DNA of 64,000 nt. Origin: Spirochaetia bacterium (lineage in GTDB: Bacteria > Spirochaetota > Spirochaetia > SZUA-6 > Bin103). Made by a program: the position numbers and the translations under genes. The notes under the pieces are model-generated. The model had not been told where the DNA came from and searched no databases. It saw only the letters and a program-made list of their open reading frames with translations. The DNA lies in contig OZ241907.1 in the NCBI GenBank assembly GCA_965203515.1, forward strand, positions 352,001 to 416,000, given 5' to 3'. This document shows positions 47,118-57,754 of the stretch, one piece after another. Each line of letters starts with the position of its first letter. Positions within the stretch are counted from its first letter, which is position 1.

Positions 47118-48121
47118 CGGGACGGCAGACCGAGCCCCCGCAAGTCGGCGACGACGCCCCGCCGCTCGGCTTCGTAGAGTCTCCAGATTACCCGCAGGCT
47201 CTGCAGACCGGCCGCACCGTCGGTGAGCGGCGTATGACGCCGTTCTATGCAGTCGAGGAAATGGGCCATTTCGTTCTCGGTATGCTTGCCGGCATCGCTT
47301 TCCATGAGGAGCTTCCGTTCCCCGCCGGCGTGGGCCAGGAGCCGGTGGCCGGTAATGTCGGCTTCGATCATGCCCTCGCTGCAATGGGCGTGGATCGAGT
47401 AGCCCATACGAGTGCCGCGCGCTCCCCAGGTACCGAAGTGGTACCCTAGTCGGTTTCCTGCGAATTGCATGACGACGTTGGACGTCCCCTCGCGTTCCAT
47501 CCATGGCGTACCGGCGTTGGTGCCCAGGTGGCTGCCGCTCAGGGGTTCTCCCAGATACCAGAGCAGGATGTCGACGTAGTGGCAGCCGTGACTGAAGAGC
47601 TGACCGCCTCCCAGCGAGGCGGCCGCGTGCGTCCAGTGTCCTGGTTCGCGGCGCGTCAATTGTTCGGTCCAGATGCTGACCTGAAACACCTCGCCGAAGC
47701 TCCGTTCGTCGATCAGATTCTTCATGGCTGCGACCAGCGGATGGAAGCGCATGCAGTACGCCACCATCAGGATGCGGTCGAGCCGCGCCGCGGTGGCGAT
47801 GAGGTCCAGGCACTCCGCTTCGCTGTTCGCCATCGGTTTTTCCAGGAGCACGTGCTTTCCCGCCTGCAGGCAGTCCTTGGCGACGGCGTGGTGCAGGTGG
47901 TGCGGCAGCACGATGAGGACGGCGTCGACCAGGTCGAGGACGGTTCGATAATCGGTGGCGACCGTCACGCCCGGCAGGCGCGCCCGGACCTGTCGGACCC
48001 GGGTCGCGTCGACGTCGACGGCGGCGGCGAGCTGCAACCGATCCTTCAGCAGATGGAAGCGCCGCAGGTGAGCGGCGGACATGCCGCCGCAGCCGATCAA
48101 TGCGAGTTTGACGATTGCCAT
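47063..48121 (-). CDS. Gfo/Idh/MocA family oxidoreductase
   Basis: Start MAIVKLALIGCGG; GKHVLLEKPMA, GGGQLFSHGCH. Confidence 0.9.
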   Translation of the reverse strand: MAIVKLALIGCGGMSAAHLRRFHLLKDRLQLAAAVDVDATRVRQVRARLPGVTVATDYRTVLDLVDAVLIVLPHHLHHAVAKDCLQAGKHVLLEKPMANSEAECLDLIATAARLDRILMVAYCMRFHPLVAAMKNLIDERSFGEVFQVSIWTEQLTRREPGHWTHAAASLGGGQLFSHGCHYVDILLWYLGEPLSGSHLGTNAGTPWMEREGTSNVVMQFAGNRLGYHFGTWGARGTRMGYSIHAHCSEGMIEADITGHRLLAHAGGERKLLMESDAGKHTENEMAHFLDCIERRHTPLTDGAAGLQSLRVIWRLYEAERRGVVADLRGLGLPSRQTATPAGRQWIRAPALR

Positions 48122-48172
48122 CGAGACGCCCTTGCCGATCCGCAGGTAATCTGATACCAAGCACAGGGTCCC

Positions 48173-50563
48173 GTGCAAGAGAACCGGAAATCGCCGCGCC
48201 AGATCACTTTGTGCGCGTATACCCGATTCGACGGGCAGCGCCTGCACGCAACGGTCGTCCCGGTCGGAGACGCCTTTGTCCCGAGCGGATCGGCCGTCGA
48301 TATCCAGGTATGGCACCGCCCGCAGCGCCGGCCGTTCGTGCGGACCAGAATCGACGATTTCGATCAGCCGTCGGGCCGTACGGTCGTGCTCGACCTGGGA
48401 CAGGTGCCGGCCGGCAGTTGCGATTTGCAGGCGGTCTTCATCGATCGATGGGGCCGCGAGTGTCCGACGCGACTCATACAGAGCGCCGATCCGCCGCAGA
48501 AGCCCGAGTGGTGGGGTTCACGCGCCGGACTCGATCCGGGAGTGCCGGCCTCCTGGACTCCGCTGCAGACCTCCTCGCATGGCGACGGTGGGCACGTGGT
48601 CTCCTGTTGGGGGAGGCGGTATCGGTTTGCTCCCGGCTGTCTGATCGAATCGGTGATCACGGCGGGAAGTCGGATGCTGGATGCGCCGGTTCGCCTGGCG
48701 GGCGCCGCCGGCGGGCGGAGCCTGCGCTTCGTCGCCGGCGGGATCGATCAGGTCGCCGCTGATGCCGGCGAGGTCATACTCGAGCAGCGCATGACGGCGG
48801 CGAATCTCGACGTACACGTCCAGGCGCAGATCGAATTCGACGGGATGGTCCGATTCGACGTCGAGGCTTGCCCCGCCGATACCGTCGATCTCGATTCCCT
48901 GTCGATAGAGATTCCGGTCCGGGCGGAGTACGCGAAGTATCTGTATCACTTTCCGGGAGCATGGGGGACTGCGCGGAACGCCGGCGCGTTGCCTGCCGAC
49001 CCGGTGCGGATGGGATTCCGGCCATATCTCTGGCTGGGAGACGACGATCGCGGACTGGCTTGGTTCAGCGAGTCCGACCGGGACTGGTACGTCGCGCCGG
49101 GCACGCCCGGCACGGAGATCGTTCGCGATGGGGATCGCGTGGTGCTGACGCTGCATCTGATCTCCGCGCCGATACGGTTGGCGCCGGAGTCGCGGCGCCC
49201 GGTAGCCTGGAACACCGCCCCGGAGCTGGAAAACGCCGTGATCCGCGATGCGGCGATCACGGGTGAGCGTGCCGAACGCTATCAGCCGTTGCGGTATACG
49301 TTTGGCATGCAGGCCACGCCGGTCAAGGCGGATCGGCAGGGAGCCTGGGACCGGCGGCTCATCCACGTCGGCCCGGAACCGCCGGGAACCGGCTTCACGG
49401 CGCCGCTGACGTTGGAGCCGTGGTTTCTGGATCGCTGCGCTGCAGCGGGGGCGAGGACCGTGGTGATCCACGAGTTCTGGACCGACATCGAATCACACAC
49501 GATTCCGGTCGACCGCGACCGGCTGCACGAGTTGGTCAGAGCGTGCCACGACCGCGGTCTCCGCATCCTGCTGTACTACGGATTCCTGATCTCCAGCCGG
49601 GCGCCCGAGTGGCGTGACTTCGCCGCCGACTGTCTCACCATGCCCCGCTATGGCTACCCGGTGTTCCATGCCGGACCGCAACCCGACCAGTCGGCGTGGG
49701 TGGTCTGCCTCAACAGCGCATGGCAGGATTTCGTCGCCGACGCCATCGCCAAGGCCATGGACGAGTACGGCATCGACGGCGTGTATCTCGACGGCACCGA
49801 GTTCCCGGCCGGCTGCATCAATACCCTGCACGGTTGCGGCAACATGCGGCCCGACGGCTCGATCGCGAAGTCGTACCCGATCTTTGGCGTGCGCAGCGCC
49901 ATGCGCCGCATCCACAATGCCGTCAAGCGGCGAAACCCGGAGGCGCAGATCAACGTGCACAACTCGACGTGCATGGTCATGCCGACGCTCGGGTTCGGCA
50001 CCTCGTACTGGGACGGGGAGCAGTTCCAGGACGTCCGGGGAAGCGACGACGCCGCGACGCAGTTGCCGCTCGACGCGTTTCGCACGGAGTTCATGGGCCG
50101 TCAGTGGGGTGTCCCGGCGGAGTTCCTCTGCTACGGCCAGGGATTCACCTATGAGCAGGCATGGGCCATCACGTTGATCCACGACGTTCCGGTCCGGCCA
50201 CTCAACCGGCACGGGCTGGAGGAGCTCGATCTGGCCTCACGCATCTGGCGGATCATGGACGACTTCGGCCGCGGCCGGGCCGAATGGTTGCCGTACTGGC
50301 GCAACGAAGAGCACGTCCGCGCCGACTCCTCCGGCATCTACGTCAGCCTCTACCGGCATCCCGACAACGGCGCGCTCGCCGTCGTTTCCAACCTGAATCG
50401 CGCGCGCACGCCGTTCGCGCTCACCGTGAACTGGCGGCTGCTCGGTCTCGACCGGCCGCGCGTTTCGATCATCGACGCGTTCGATCGGTCCGCCGCCGCC
50501 CTGCATGGCGAGCTCGATCCCTACGCCTGGCGGCTGCTCTGGTTCCGGCCCGAAGCCGGCTAG
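48173..50563 (+). CDS. DUF6067-like / glycoside hydrolase-domain protein
   Basis: WTPL, IEFDGM, WLGDDDRGLAWFSE, FGMQATPVK, DGVYLDG, WDGEQ, WLPYWRN. Confidence 0.55.
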   Translation: MQENRKSPRQITLCAYTRFDGQRLHATVVPVGDAFVPSGSAVDIQVWHRPQRRPFVRTRIDDFDQPSGRTVVLDLGQVPAGSCDLQAVFIDRWGRECPTRLIQSADPPQKPEWWGSRAGLDPGVPASWTPLQTSSHGDGGHVVSCWGRRYRFAPGCLIESVITAGSRMLDAPVRLAGAAGGRSLRFVAGGIDQVAADAGEVILEQRMTAANLDVHVQAQIEFDGMVRFDVEACPADTVDLDSLSIEIPVRAEYAKYLYHFPGAWGTARNAGALPADPVRMGFRPYLWLGDDDRGLAWFSESDRDWYVAPGTPGTEIVRDGDRVVLTLHLISAPIRLAPESRRPVAWNTAPELENAVIRDAAITGERAERYQPLRYTFGMQATPVKADRQGAWDRRLIHVGPEPPGTGFTAPLTLEPWFLDRCAAAGARTVVIHEFWTDIESHTIPVDRDRLHELVRACHDRGLRILLYYGFLISSRAPEWRDFAADCLTMPRYGYPVFHAGPQPDQSAWVVCLNSAWQDFVADAIAKAMDEYGIDGVYLDGTEFPAGCINTLHGCGNMRPDGSIAKSYPIFGVRSAMRRIHNAVKRRNPEAQINVHNSTCMVMPTLGFGTSYWDGEQFQDVRGSDDAATQLPLDAFRTEFMGRQWGVPAEFLCYGQGFTYEQAWAITLIHDVPVRPLNRHGLEELDLASRIWRIMDDFGRGRAEWLPYWRNEEHVRADSSGIYVSLYRHPDNGALAVVSNLNRARTPFALTVNWRLLGLDRPRVSIIDAFDRSAAALHGELDPYAWRLLWFRPEAG

Positions 50564-51456
50564 CCCTTGACGGCGCCGACGATCACTCCGTGGATGAAAT
50601 ACCGCTGGAGGAACGGATAGATCACGATCACCGGGACCACCGTGCAGACGATCGCCGCGTTGATCAGATTCTGCGGCATGATGTTGTCGAGGTCCTCGAC
50701 GACGTTGCCGACATCGAGCTGCCCGCCGCCGATCAACGGATTGGTATAGATGTCGCGGAGCATGTACTGCAGCGTCCACTTCCACTTGTCGCGGATGAAG
50801 ATGAGCACCGGAAACCACATGTTCCAGTAGAACACCGCCGAAAAGATGGTGAAGGCGGCCACCATGGGAACGATGAGGGCGAAGACGATCCGAAAGAGGA
50901 TCGTGAACTCGGACGCTCCGTCCACCTCGGCCGATTCCATGATCTCCTGCGGCAACCGCACGATGGCGTTGCGGAAGACGATGATGAGAAACGGGTCGAC
51001 CAGATACGGGAGCATGAGGGCGAGACGGGTGTTGTTGAGCCCGTAGGAGTTCACGATCAGATAGAACGGGATGAGGCCGCCGGAGAAGTACAGCGGGATC
51101 AGCGTGTAGACGAGCGCCGTGCGCATGCCGAAGAAATGCTTGTTCGCCAGGGCGTATGCGGCGCTTACCGCGATCAGTATGGCCACCAGGGTGTTGATCA
51201 CCGTCAGCAGCACGGTGTTGGTCAAGCTGGTGAGAAAGAGCCTGCTCGTCAGGATGATGTCATAGGCTCTGGTGTACAGATCCACCGGAAAGATCGTCAC
51301 CTGATTCTTCAGGATGGCGCTTTTGTCGCTCAACGAGACCGCCGCCACGTGCATGAAGGGCAGCACGATGCAGAGGCACAGCAGGATGAATCCGAGATAG
51401 AGGAAGATCTCGAAGACCCGCCGGGAGACGGACCGATAGCGCAGCATTCCTACCAT
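50560..51456 (-). CDS. Carbohydrate ABC transporter permease
   Basis: YFSGGLIPFY, EAA-like ESAEVDGAS, WN.WF, YPFLQRYF..G...GAVKG. Confidence 0.92.
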   Translation of the reverse strand: MVGMLRYRSVSRRVFEIFLYLGFILLCLCIVLPFMHVAAVSLSDKSAILKNQVTIFPVDLYTRAYDIILTSRLFLTSLTNTVLLTVINTLVAILIAVSAAYALANKHFFGMRTALVYTLIPLYFSGGLIPFYLIVNSYGLNNTRLALMLPYLVDPFLIIVFRNAIVRLPQEIMESAEVDGASEFTILFRIVFALIVPMVAAFTIFSAVFYWNMWFPVLIFIRDKWKWTLQYMLRDIYTNPLIGGGQLDVGNVVEDLDNIMPQNLINAAIVCTVVPVIVIYPFLQRYFIHGVIVGAVKG

Positions 51457-52388
51457 AGACCGATCCCGGTGAGCCGGCGAGCGACCTTGTGCGCGGCGAA
51501 CAGCAACCCGAACGCGATGACGGATTGCACCAGGCCGATGGCCGCGGTCAGGCTGTATTGAGCCTGCTCCAGGCCGAGGCGGTAGATGTAGACGGCGAGC
51601 ACGTCGGAGACCTCATAGTTCAGCGGGTTGGCGAAGACGAAGATCCGCTCGAACTCGACCAGGAACAGGCGCGAGATGCGGAAGATCAACAGCAGCATGA
51701 TCACCGGCAGCAGCCCCGGCAGCGTGATCGAGAAGACCATGCGGAGTCGGCTGGAGCCGTCGATCCAGGCCGCCTCGTAGAGATCGGAGTCGATGCTCGT
51801 CAGGGCTGCGAAATAGAGGATCGCTCCCCAACCCATGTTCTTCCAGATCTCCAGGACGACGACGAGCGGACGAAACAGATCCACCCGCCCCAGGAAATGG
51901 ACGGGGTCGGCGCCGACCAGGACGATCAGCTTGTTCAGCATGCCGTGGAGCGGGGAGAGGAGCTGATACATGAGCCCGTACACCACGACCCATGAGACGA
52001 AGTGTGGCAGGTACGAGACGGTCTGGCTCACCCGCTTGAACGCGCCGCTCGCAATCTCGTTGGCCAGCAGCGCGAAGACGATCGGCGCAGGAAATCCGAT
52101 CAGGATGTCGAACAGGCTGATGTACAGGGTGTTCTTGACGACGTTCCAGAAGCGGGGATCGGCAAGGAAGAACCGGAAGTGGTCGAGACCGGCCCAGGCG
52201 CTGCCCAGGATGCCGCGGTAGGGCGTGAAGTCCTTGAACGAGATGATGATGCCGTAGATCGGCAGGTAGTTGAACAGGAACAGCAACACCGCCGCCGGCA
52301 GGAACAGCACGAACAGCGACAGCGCGCGTTTCGTGATCTTCCGCCCTGACGCCGGGCGGGCCGCTGCCGCCGTCGCTGCCTCTGCCAT
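51450..52388 (-). CDS. Carbohydrate ABC transporter permease (LplB-like)
   Basis: SYLPHFVSWVV, W...GW..I.Y.AAL..ID..LYEAA.IDG. Confidence 0.92.
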   Translation of the reverse strand: MAEAATAAAARPASGRKITKRALSLFVLFLPAAVLLFLFNYLPIYGIIISFKDFTPYRGILGSAWAGLDHFRFFLADPRFWNVVKNTLYISLFDILIGFPAPIVFALLANEIASGAFKRVSQTVSYLPHFVSWVVVYGLMYQLLSPLHGMLNKLIVLVGADPVHFLGRVDLFRPLVVVLEIWKNMGWGAILYFAALTSIDSDLYEAAWIDGSSRLRMVFSITLPGLLPVIMLLLIFRISRLFLVEFERIFVFANPLNYEVSDVLAVYIYRLGLEQAQYSLTAAIGLVQSVIAFGLLFAAHKVARRLTGIGLW

Positions 52389-52409
52389 CGCGGCCGTGCC
52401 TCATTACGC

Positions 52410-54020
52410 CTACCAGTCGACCATCCTGACGTTCTTGCTGCGCAGATCGTCCTTGTGCTCCTGGACGTACCGGGTCTGGAAATCGTAGATGAAGCCGAAT
52501 TCCTGCTGGAACTTCGCCACCTCGTCATCGAACTCTTCCAGGGTGATCTGACCGGAGATCGCTTTGGCGATGGCCGCGCTGATGAAGGGGTTGACCTCAC
52601 CGGCCTTCTTGCCGACATCCGGGTCCGTCGGTATGAAGGACAGGTAGTTCAGGCCGACTTCGCGGTCCTTCTCCATCAACCATCGCGCGCTGTCATAGGC
52701 GCGCTGCCACTCCATCGGGTAGCGCTCGGCCTGTACGCCATACTTGACCTGGGTGGGCCAGAAGCCGCTGATGATGCCGAGGTGCAACGTCCAGTAGTGC
52801 GAGTCCGAGTCGTCGAGATCGCGGAGGTAGAGGCGATCCGTGGCCATGCGCTTGCCGCCGTCCACCGTGTATTCCTTGCCTTCCCGGCCCCACGCGATGA
52901 TGTCCCACAGCTCGTCAGACGCGAAGGCTTCGAGCACCCGCCACGCCCGGTCCGGGTTCTTAGCGTTCGACGTGATGCCGGTGCGGTGGCTCGATATCGG
53001 GAAGATGTCCGCACCGTAATTGATGCTCAGGTCGGCCATGTACCGGGGATCGTCGAGCGCTTCCGGGTATTCGTCGAGCGGCGGCGTGTACACCCATACC
53101 TGACCGATGTTCATCAGGTTGTCGTAGCCGGGCAGGACCTGATCGGTGGCGTTGGAAAACATGGAGACGTGCCGTTCGCGTCTCTTCTGGACCCAGGCGG
53201 CCGTATCGCTGGTGGCGAACTCGGGATCCAGGATGCCCTCTTCGAACACCTGCCGCCACAGCTTGAGGGCTTCCTTCATGGCCGGGAGCGTGAAGTTGTG
53301 CTGCACCGCCCCGTTCTCGATGCGTGTGCCGTAGGGCGGTACGCCGTACCACAGGAAGAGGGTATCGGCGGTGGCGAACAGCCGGCCGCCCCATGCGAGC
53401 CGGGAGGAGAGCGGCGTGGAGTCCGCATAGGTGTCCCTGACCCACCGGAAGAAGTCGAGGTATCCGTCGATGGTGCCGGGGAATTCGCCGCCGTTGTACT
53501 CTTCGAGCAGGTCGTAGCGCACGAGGTTTCCCCAGCCGGGATCGCGAGCGCTCATCACCATCGGAATGGCGAAGTGAAGCCCGTTCGGCGTCGCGGCCAG
53601 ATCGAAGGCGAGCTGCGAAACCCGCGCCTGCATGATCGGGGAGTCGTCGTAGTACGGCTGGTGATCGATGAACGCGCCGGCGTCGGCGGCGTTCTCCAGG
53701 TCGGCCTTCTGCCAGCCGTGGACGATATCCGGCAGGTTGCCCGAGGCCAGCAACAGATTGATCTTGGTGGCGAAATCCTGGTAGTTCGGAACCTCCAGGA
53801 TGATGTCGACGTTCGCCAGCTCCTCGACGACGTCGAGCGCCCAGTTGCTGCTGGGATCGACGTCGGCCGGGTGGGGGATGCCGGAGTTCCCCATGAACAT
53901 TCGGATCGTCACCGTCTCGTCGGCCGCGGCTTCGGACGCGGCGGCGCCCCAGCTCGATAGCGCCGGACCGAGCGCCAGGATCGCGGTAATGAGCGCCACT
54001 GTCGATGCACGGTTGGTCAT
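52410..54020 (-). CDS. Extracellular solute-binding protein (sugar ABC)
   Basis: SD GGAGG then MTNRASTVALITAILAL signal; LLLASGNLPD, EEGILDPEF, WGREGKEY. Confidence 0.88.
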   Translation of the reverse strand: MTNRASTVALITAILALGPALSSWGAAASEAAADETVTIRMFMGNSGIPHPADVDPSSNWALDVVEELANVDIILEVPNYQDFATKINLLLASGNLPDIVHGWQKADLENAADAGAFIDHQPYYDDSPIMQARVSQLAFDLAATPNGLHFAIPMVMSARDPGWGNLVRYDLLEEYNGGEFPGTIDGYLDFFRWVRDTYADSTPLSSRLAWGGRLFATADTLFLWYGVPPYGTRIENGAVQHNFTLPAMKEALKLWRQVFEEGILDPEFATSDTAAWVQKRRERHVSMFSNATDQVLPGYDNLMNIGQVWVYTPPLDEYPEALDDPRYMADLSINYGADIFPISSHRTGITSNAKNPDRAWRVLEAFASDELWDIIAWGREGKEYTVDGGKRMATDRLYLRDLDDSDSHYWTLHLGIISGFWPTQVKYGVQAERYPMEWQRAYDSARWLMEKDREVGLNYLSFIPTDPDVGKKAGEVNPFISAAIAKAISGQITLEEFDDEVAKFQQEFGFIYDFQTRYVQEHKDDLRSKNVRMVDW

Positions 54021-54154
54021 GCCTGCCTCCTGTGATGTATCGTCCCGTCCGGGCCGATTGGTCGAAACCGGCGCCAAGCGTACCGCATTGTCGAATCGCT
54101 GCGCAAGCGGGTGAAAAATCGGCTGCCGGCTCTGCGCCGGAGGCTCCGGCGGCG

Positions 54155-54694
54155 CTACGCCGCCGTGAAGTCGGAGCGGAGCAGGTACATCATGACGGTG
54201 CCGTGCAGCCGGCCTTCGTGGTACCAGGAGTCCGGCCAGTAGCCGCACTGCTTGAAGCCGCACTTCTCGTAGCAGCGGATCGCGCGCTTGTTGAACGAGT
54301 GCGCGGTGAGCTTGACGTTGTTCAGGTTGAGCGTCAGGAACGCGAACCGCAGCAGCAGCCGCACGGCTTCGGCGCCGAAGCTGCGGTCCCAATACCGCTT
54401 GTCGCCGATCATGATACCTATCTCACCGGTGCGGTCGACGGCGCTGACGTCATCGAGGGCGCAGATGCCGATCGACGCGTCATCGGCCAGCGCGACGATG
54501 GAAAAGTGGTACGGCCGGCCGGCGAGCTCGGCGAGCGTTTCGCGCTCTGCGTGAACGTTGAGCACGCGCCGCGTCAGGGTGACGCCGGCGGCCACCTCCG
54601 GATCGTTGACCCAGGCCGTGACCGCGGCCGCATCGTCCGGGTCGATCGGCGACAGGTAGCACCGCTCGCCGGCGATCTTCTTGAAGTGTGCCAT
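54155..54694 (-). CDS. GNAT N-acetyltransferase (RimJ/RimL/SpeG-like)
   Basis: GEIGIMIGDK.YW..FGAEA, FNKRAIRCYEKCGF. Confidence 0.88.
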   Translation of the reverse strand: MAHFKKIAGERCYLSPIDPDDAAAVTAWVNDPEVAAGVTLTRRVLNVHAERETLAELAGRPYHFSIVALADDASIGICALDDVSAVDRTGEIGIMIGDKRYWDRSFGAEAVRLLLRFAFLTLNLNNVKLTAHSFNKRAIRCYEKCGFKQCGYWPDSWYHEGRLHGTVMMYLLRSDFTAA

Positions 54695-54743
54695 GGCGGA
54701 GTATGCCGGGCGCCGCCGAGCGCGGCTACACCCGCCGCCGGCC

Positions 54744-55973
54744 TCAGAACGACCAGTCGAACTGCGGCGGCGGCGGCATGGCGCGGTCGAGGTCGGCCAG
54801 CAGCTCCGCCGGCCCGGTCAGGTCGTCGGTGAGCGCGAGCGAGGTGGCCGGCCGCACGCCGGCCCACAGGCGCGAGAAGGCGCCCGCGGAGGCGCGCAAC
54901 TCCGGGAGGCCGGCGCGGTGGCCCGGCTCGACCCGCGATGCCTGGTCCAGCGTGACCGCATACTCGCCGGCGATCCCGCTCCAGCCGCCGTCCACCGGCT
55001 CGGCTCCGTCCAGATAGCGCTCGATCGGGTCGGCCAGCGTCAGATTGAACCGCACGGGCCGCGCCGCTCGGGTAGCGGCGATGCACCGCTCGAGGTCCAG
55101 GATGCGGAGTTGCTGCCACGACACCGCGTCGAAGCGCTGCTCGTGCTTGGCGTTCCGGGTCGCCGCCAGGCCGCGCAACGGCCCGTCGAGCAGGTCCTGC
55201 ATCTGCGCGTGCATCGGCTCGGCCATCCGCACCTGGTGGACCTGATCCGCCAGGCCGGCGATCAGCGCCAGCAGCTCCCGCAACTGGCCGGCGTTCCGGT
55301 ACGCCATCCACCAGACCGCGTACGGCCCGTTCTCGCCTTCGGCATCCCCGAACAGGTGGTGGGTCAGCCGGCCGTCCTCGAAATATCCCAGCCCGAAGCC
55401 GTTCTTCGCCCACCGCAGGTCCGATTCCGTGACCGCCGGCTCGGCGAAGATCACCGAGCCGTGCACGCGCATCCGTTCGCAACGGTTGGCGTGCATCGTC
55501 GCCGCGTCATCGGCGCTCAGCCGGCGTGGCGGGCGGAATCGCGCCGGAACGCGCAGCTTGGCCGGGTCGAAGTGCAAGCCGACGAGGTACGGCATGCTGC
55601 CGAAGCCGACGCGGTCGTAGAACCCCTGCTCGAACATCCCCAGGCCGGCGACCGCCATCCCGTTGCCGGCGGCCTCCGCCAAGGCCGCGGCCGTGACCCG
55701 GCCGGCCAGCCCCCGGCGGCGCGCCACCCGGCTGGTCGCCACCATCATGACTCCGCAGAGGTCGATCTCGGCTTCCTGGTAGCGCATCGACCCGATGGAG
55801 GTGAGGGCGACCGATTCCGCATCGCCGTCGACGCGCGCCGTCCAGCCGCTGAAGCGTTCCAGGCAGAGATCGAGCGAGGGCTGCTGGCGATCCTCCTCCA
55901 GCCAGCCCGCCTCCCGCCAGATGCGGCGGACCGCCTTGACGTCGCGCTCCCGGTCGAGCCGTTCCGGTGTCAC
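54744..55973 (-). CDS. Eis-like GNAT acetyltransferase with SCP2-like tail
   Basis: GTG start overlapping the M14 stop; VATSRVARRRGLA, LGMFEQGFYDRVGFG, AFSRLWAGVRPA. Confidence 0.7.
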   Translation of the reverse strand: MTPERLDRERDVKAVRRIWREAGWLEEDRQQPSLDLCLERFSGWTARVDGDAESVALTSIGSMRYQEAEIDLCGVMMVATSRVARRRGLAGRVTAAALAEAAGNGMAVAGLGMFEQGFYDRVGFGSMPYLVGLHFDPAKLRVPARFRPPRRLSADDAATMHANRCERMRVHGSVIFAEPAVTESDLRWAKNGFGLGYFEDGRLTHHLFGDAEGENGPYAVWWMAYRNAGQLRELLALIAGLADQVHQVRMAEPMHAQMQDLLDGPLRGLAATRNAKHEQRFDAVSWQQLRILDLERCIAATRAARPVRFNLTLADPIERYLDGAEPVDGGWSGIAGEYAVTLDQASRVEPGHRAGLPELRASAGAFSRLWAGVRPATSLALTDDLTGPAELLADLDRAMPPPPQFDWSF

Positions 55974-57637
55974 GGCCGCCGTACCTGCACGCACGAGTCG
56001 CCGCCGGCGCCGCCCAGCACGCGGATCACCGCGAGTTCCGTTCCGGCCGGCACCGCGGCGGCGCGCACGAACCACTCGACGATGCGGCTGCCGGTGAGCG
56101 CGCGCAGGTGGCCCAGTTCCAGATGCCCGCGCGCCGAGAGCAGCTCCACTCCGCCGGCCGGCGTCAGGCTCACCCGGACCGGCTGCATGCGCGGCAGTCC
56201 GCGCCCCAGGTTGGTGACGTTGGTCGGCAGCCGCCCGCGGTTGGCGATGCGCGCGCGGATGCGATAGGCGTCGCCGCCCACGCCGGTCACCTCGACCGAC
56301 TCTGCCTGCACGCGCGGGTGGCGCTTGACGAACGACCGGGTGAAGCGATAGGCGCCGGCCACCATCGGCTCCAGCGCCGGCACCAGCGGATTGTCGATCG
56401 CCGTGTACAGCAGGCCGCCGAGCTCCACGGGGCCGAGCTGCGGGTGATCGAACCGGCGCCACGGCTCGAACACCCGGTGCCGGCGCCCGTCCGCGTCCCA
56501 CCAGCGGAGCAGTTGCCGGTAGATCGCGTCGACCTCGTCCGGGTCCCCGGACCGCTCGCGCCACTCGCGGGGGGACACGCCGGCGGCGTTGACGATCGTG
56601 CCGAGCTCCACCTCGAAGCCCGGGATGCCGAGCTGGTGATAGGCGAAGCCGAGCGCGTGGCCGCGCTTGCCTGCGCCGCGGCGGTCGGAGCCGGTCGGAT
56701 CGCTGAGGGCGACGGCGGGGCCGTCGATCGCCGCGGCGCCTTCCCGGGCGATCTCCTCCAGCAACGCGTCGTCGTCGGCGTCCAGGTCCTCGCGCGGCCC
56801 CCAGGCGGGCGGCCGGATGATCGACGCGGAGCCGCAATGGTAGCCCAGGATGCCGCACAGCTTGGGCTGCTTGAAGATGAAATCGGCCAGCGCCCGCATC
56901 TCCGGCTCGCTGAAGGGGTAGTCGCCCGCCCCCTGCTGCTCGCCCTCGTGCCGCCAGTCGTGCGACCAGTTGCGGTTGAAGTCGAAGCTGCGTCCGGCGT
57001 GCAGCTCCGGCAAACCGGGATAGAAGGCGTGCAGGCCGCCGATGCGGATGTCGTCGGAGCCGTCCCAATCGTTGATCAGCCCTTCCGGGAAGACCCGGTA
57101 GAAGGGGCCGCGCGAGGCGGGCCGCCGGTCGACCAGCAGCCGCGGCTCTGCGGGGTCGCAGACCCAGGCACCGTCCGGGTGCTCCTGGCGGATCGTCAGG
57201 ATCGCCCCATCGCCGTCGATGTCGGCCGCGTAGATGGTGTTCGGAGCGCGGTCGAGGAAGTCGGTGCGGCTGCGGACGCGGGCGGTGGTGGCGATGCAGA
57301 ACTCCGATGCGTCGGGGCAGAGGCGAGGGATCAGGTAGAGGACCACGCGCGACAGCAGCCCGCCGCGTTCGTGATCGGCCAGCAGGCGGTGCGCGGTGTA
57401 CAGCGGCCCGTGCGCGGAGGCCGGCTCGTGCGCGTGGATGCCGCCGTGAATCAGGTAGGCGGGCCGCTCGGACGGCGCGCCGGAGTCGAATTCGGTCAGC
57501 GTCAGGAGATGGATGTCGCGGCCCTGGCCCGTGCGGCCGATCGAGCCGGCGCGGCAGATCGCGGGGTGGGCGTCCGCCAGCGACCGCGCCGCGGCGCCGA
57601 TCTCCCGGTATGTGTAGAAGTGGTCGAACTGGATCAT
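55970..57637 (-). CDS. M14 family zinc carboxypeptidase
   Basis: SIGRT.QGR, GGIHAHE (HxxE), DFNRNW, PFSEPE, E.ELG. Confidence 0.88.
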   Translation of the reverse strand: MIQFDHFYTYREIGAAARSLADAHPAICRAGSIGRTGQGRDIHLLTLTEFDSGAPSERPAYLIHGGIHAHEPASAHGPLYTAHRLLADHERGGLLSRVVLYLIPRLCPDASEFCIATTARVRSRTDFLDRAPNTIYAADIDGDGAILTIRQEHPDGAWVCDPAEPRLLVDRRPASRGPFYRVFPEGLINDWDGSDDIRIGGLHAFYPGLPELHAGRSFDFNRNWSHDWRHEGEQQGAGDYPFSEPEMRALADFIFKQPKLCGILGYHCGSASIIRPPAWGPREDLDADDDALLEEIAREGAAAIDGPAVALSDPTGSDRRGAGKRGHALGFAYHQLGIPGFEVELGTIVNAAGVSPREWRERSGDPDEVDAIYRQLLRWWDADGRRHRVFEPWRRFDHPQLGPVELGGLLYTAIDNPLVPALEPMVAGAYRFTRSFVKRHPRVQAESVEVTGVGGDAYRIRARIANRGRLPTNVTNLGRGLPRMQPVRVSLTPAGGVELLSARGHLELGHLRALTGSRIVEWFVRAAAVPAGTELAVIRVLGGAGGDSCVQVRRP

Positions 57638-57754
57638 GCGCGCGGATGCCGTTCCGGCCATGCGCGCAACGGCACGTTCATGGGCGCAATCTTACCACGG
57701 CGGACGACGGCGGGCATGCCGGCAGGGTCCGGTCCCGGTTATACTCGATCCATC

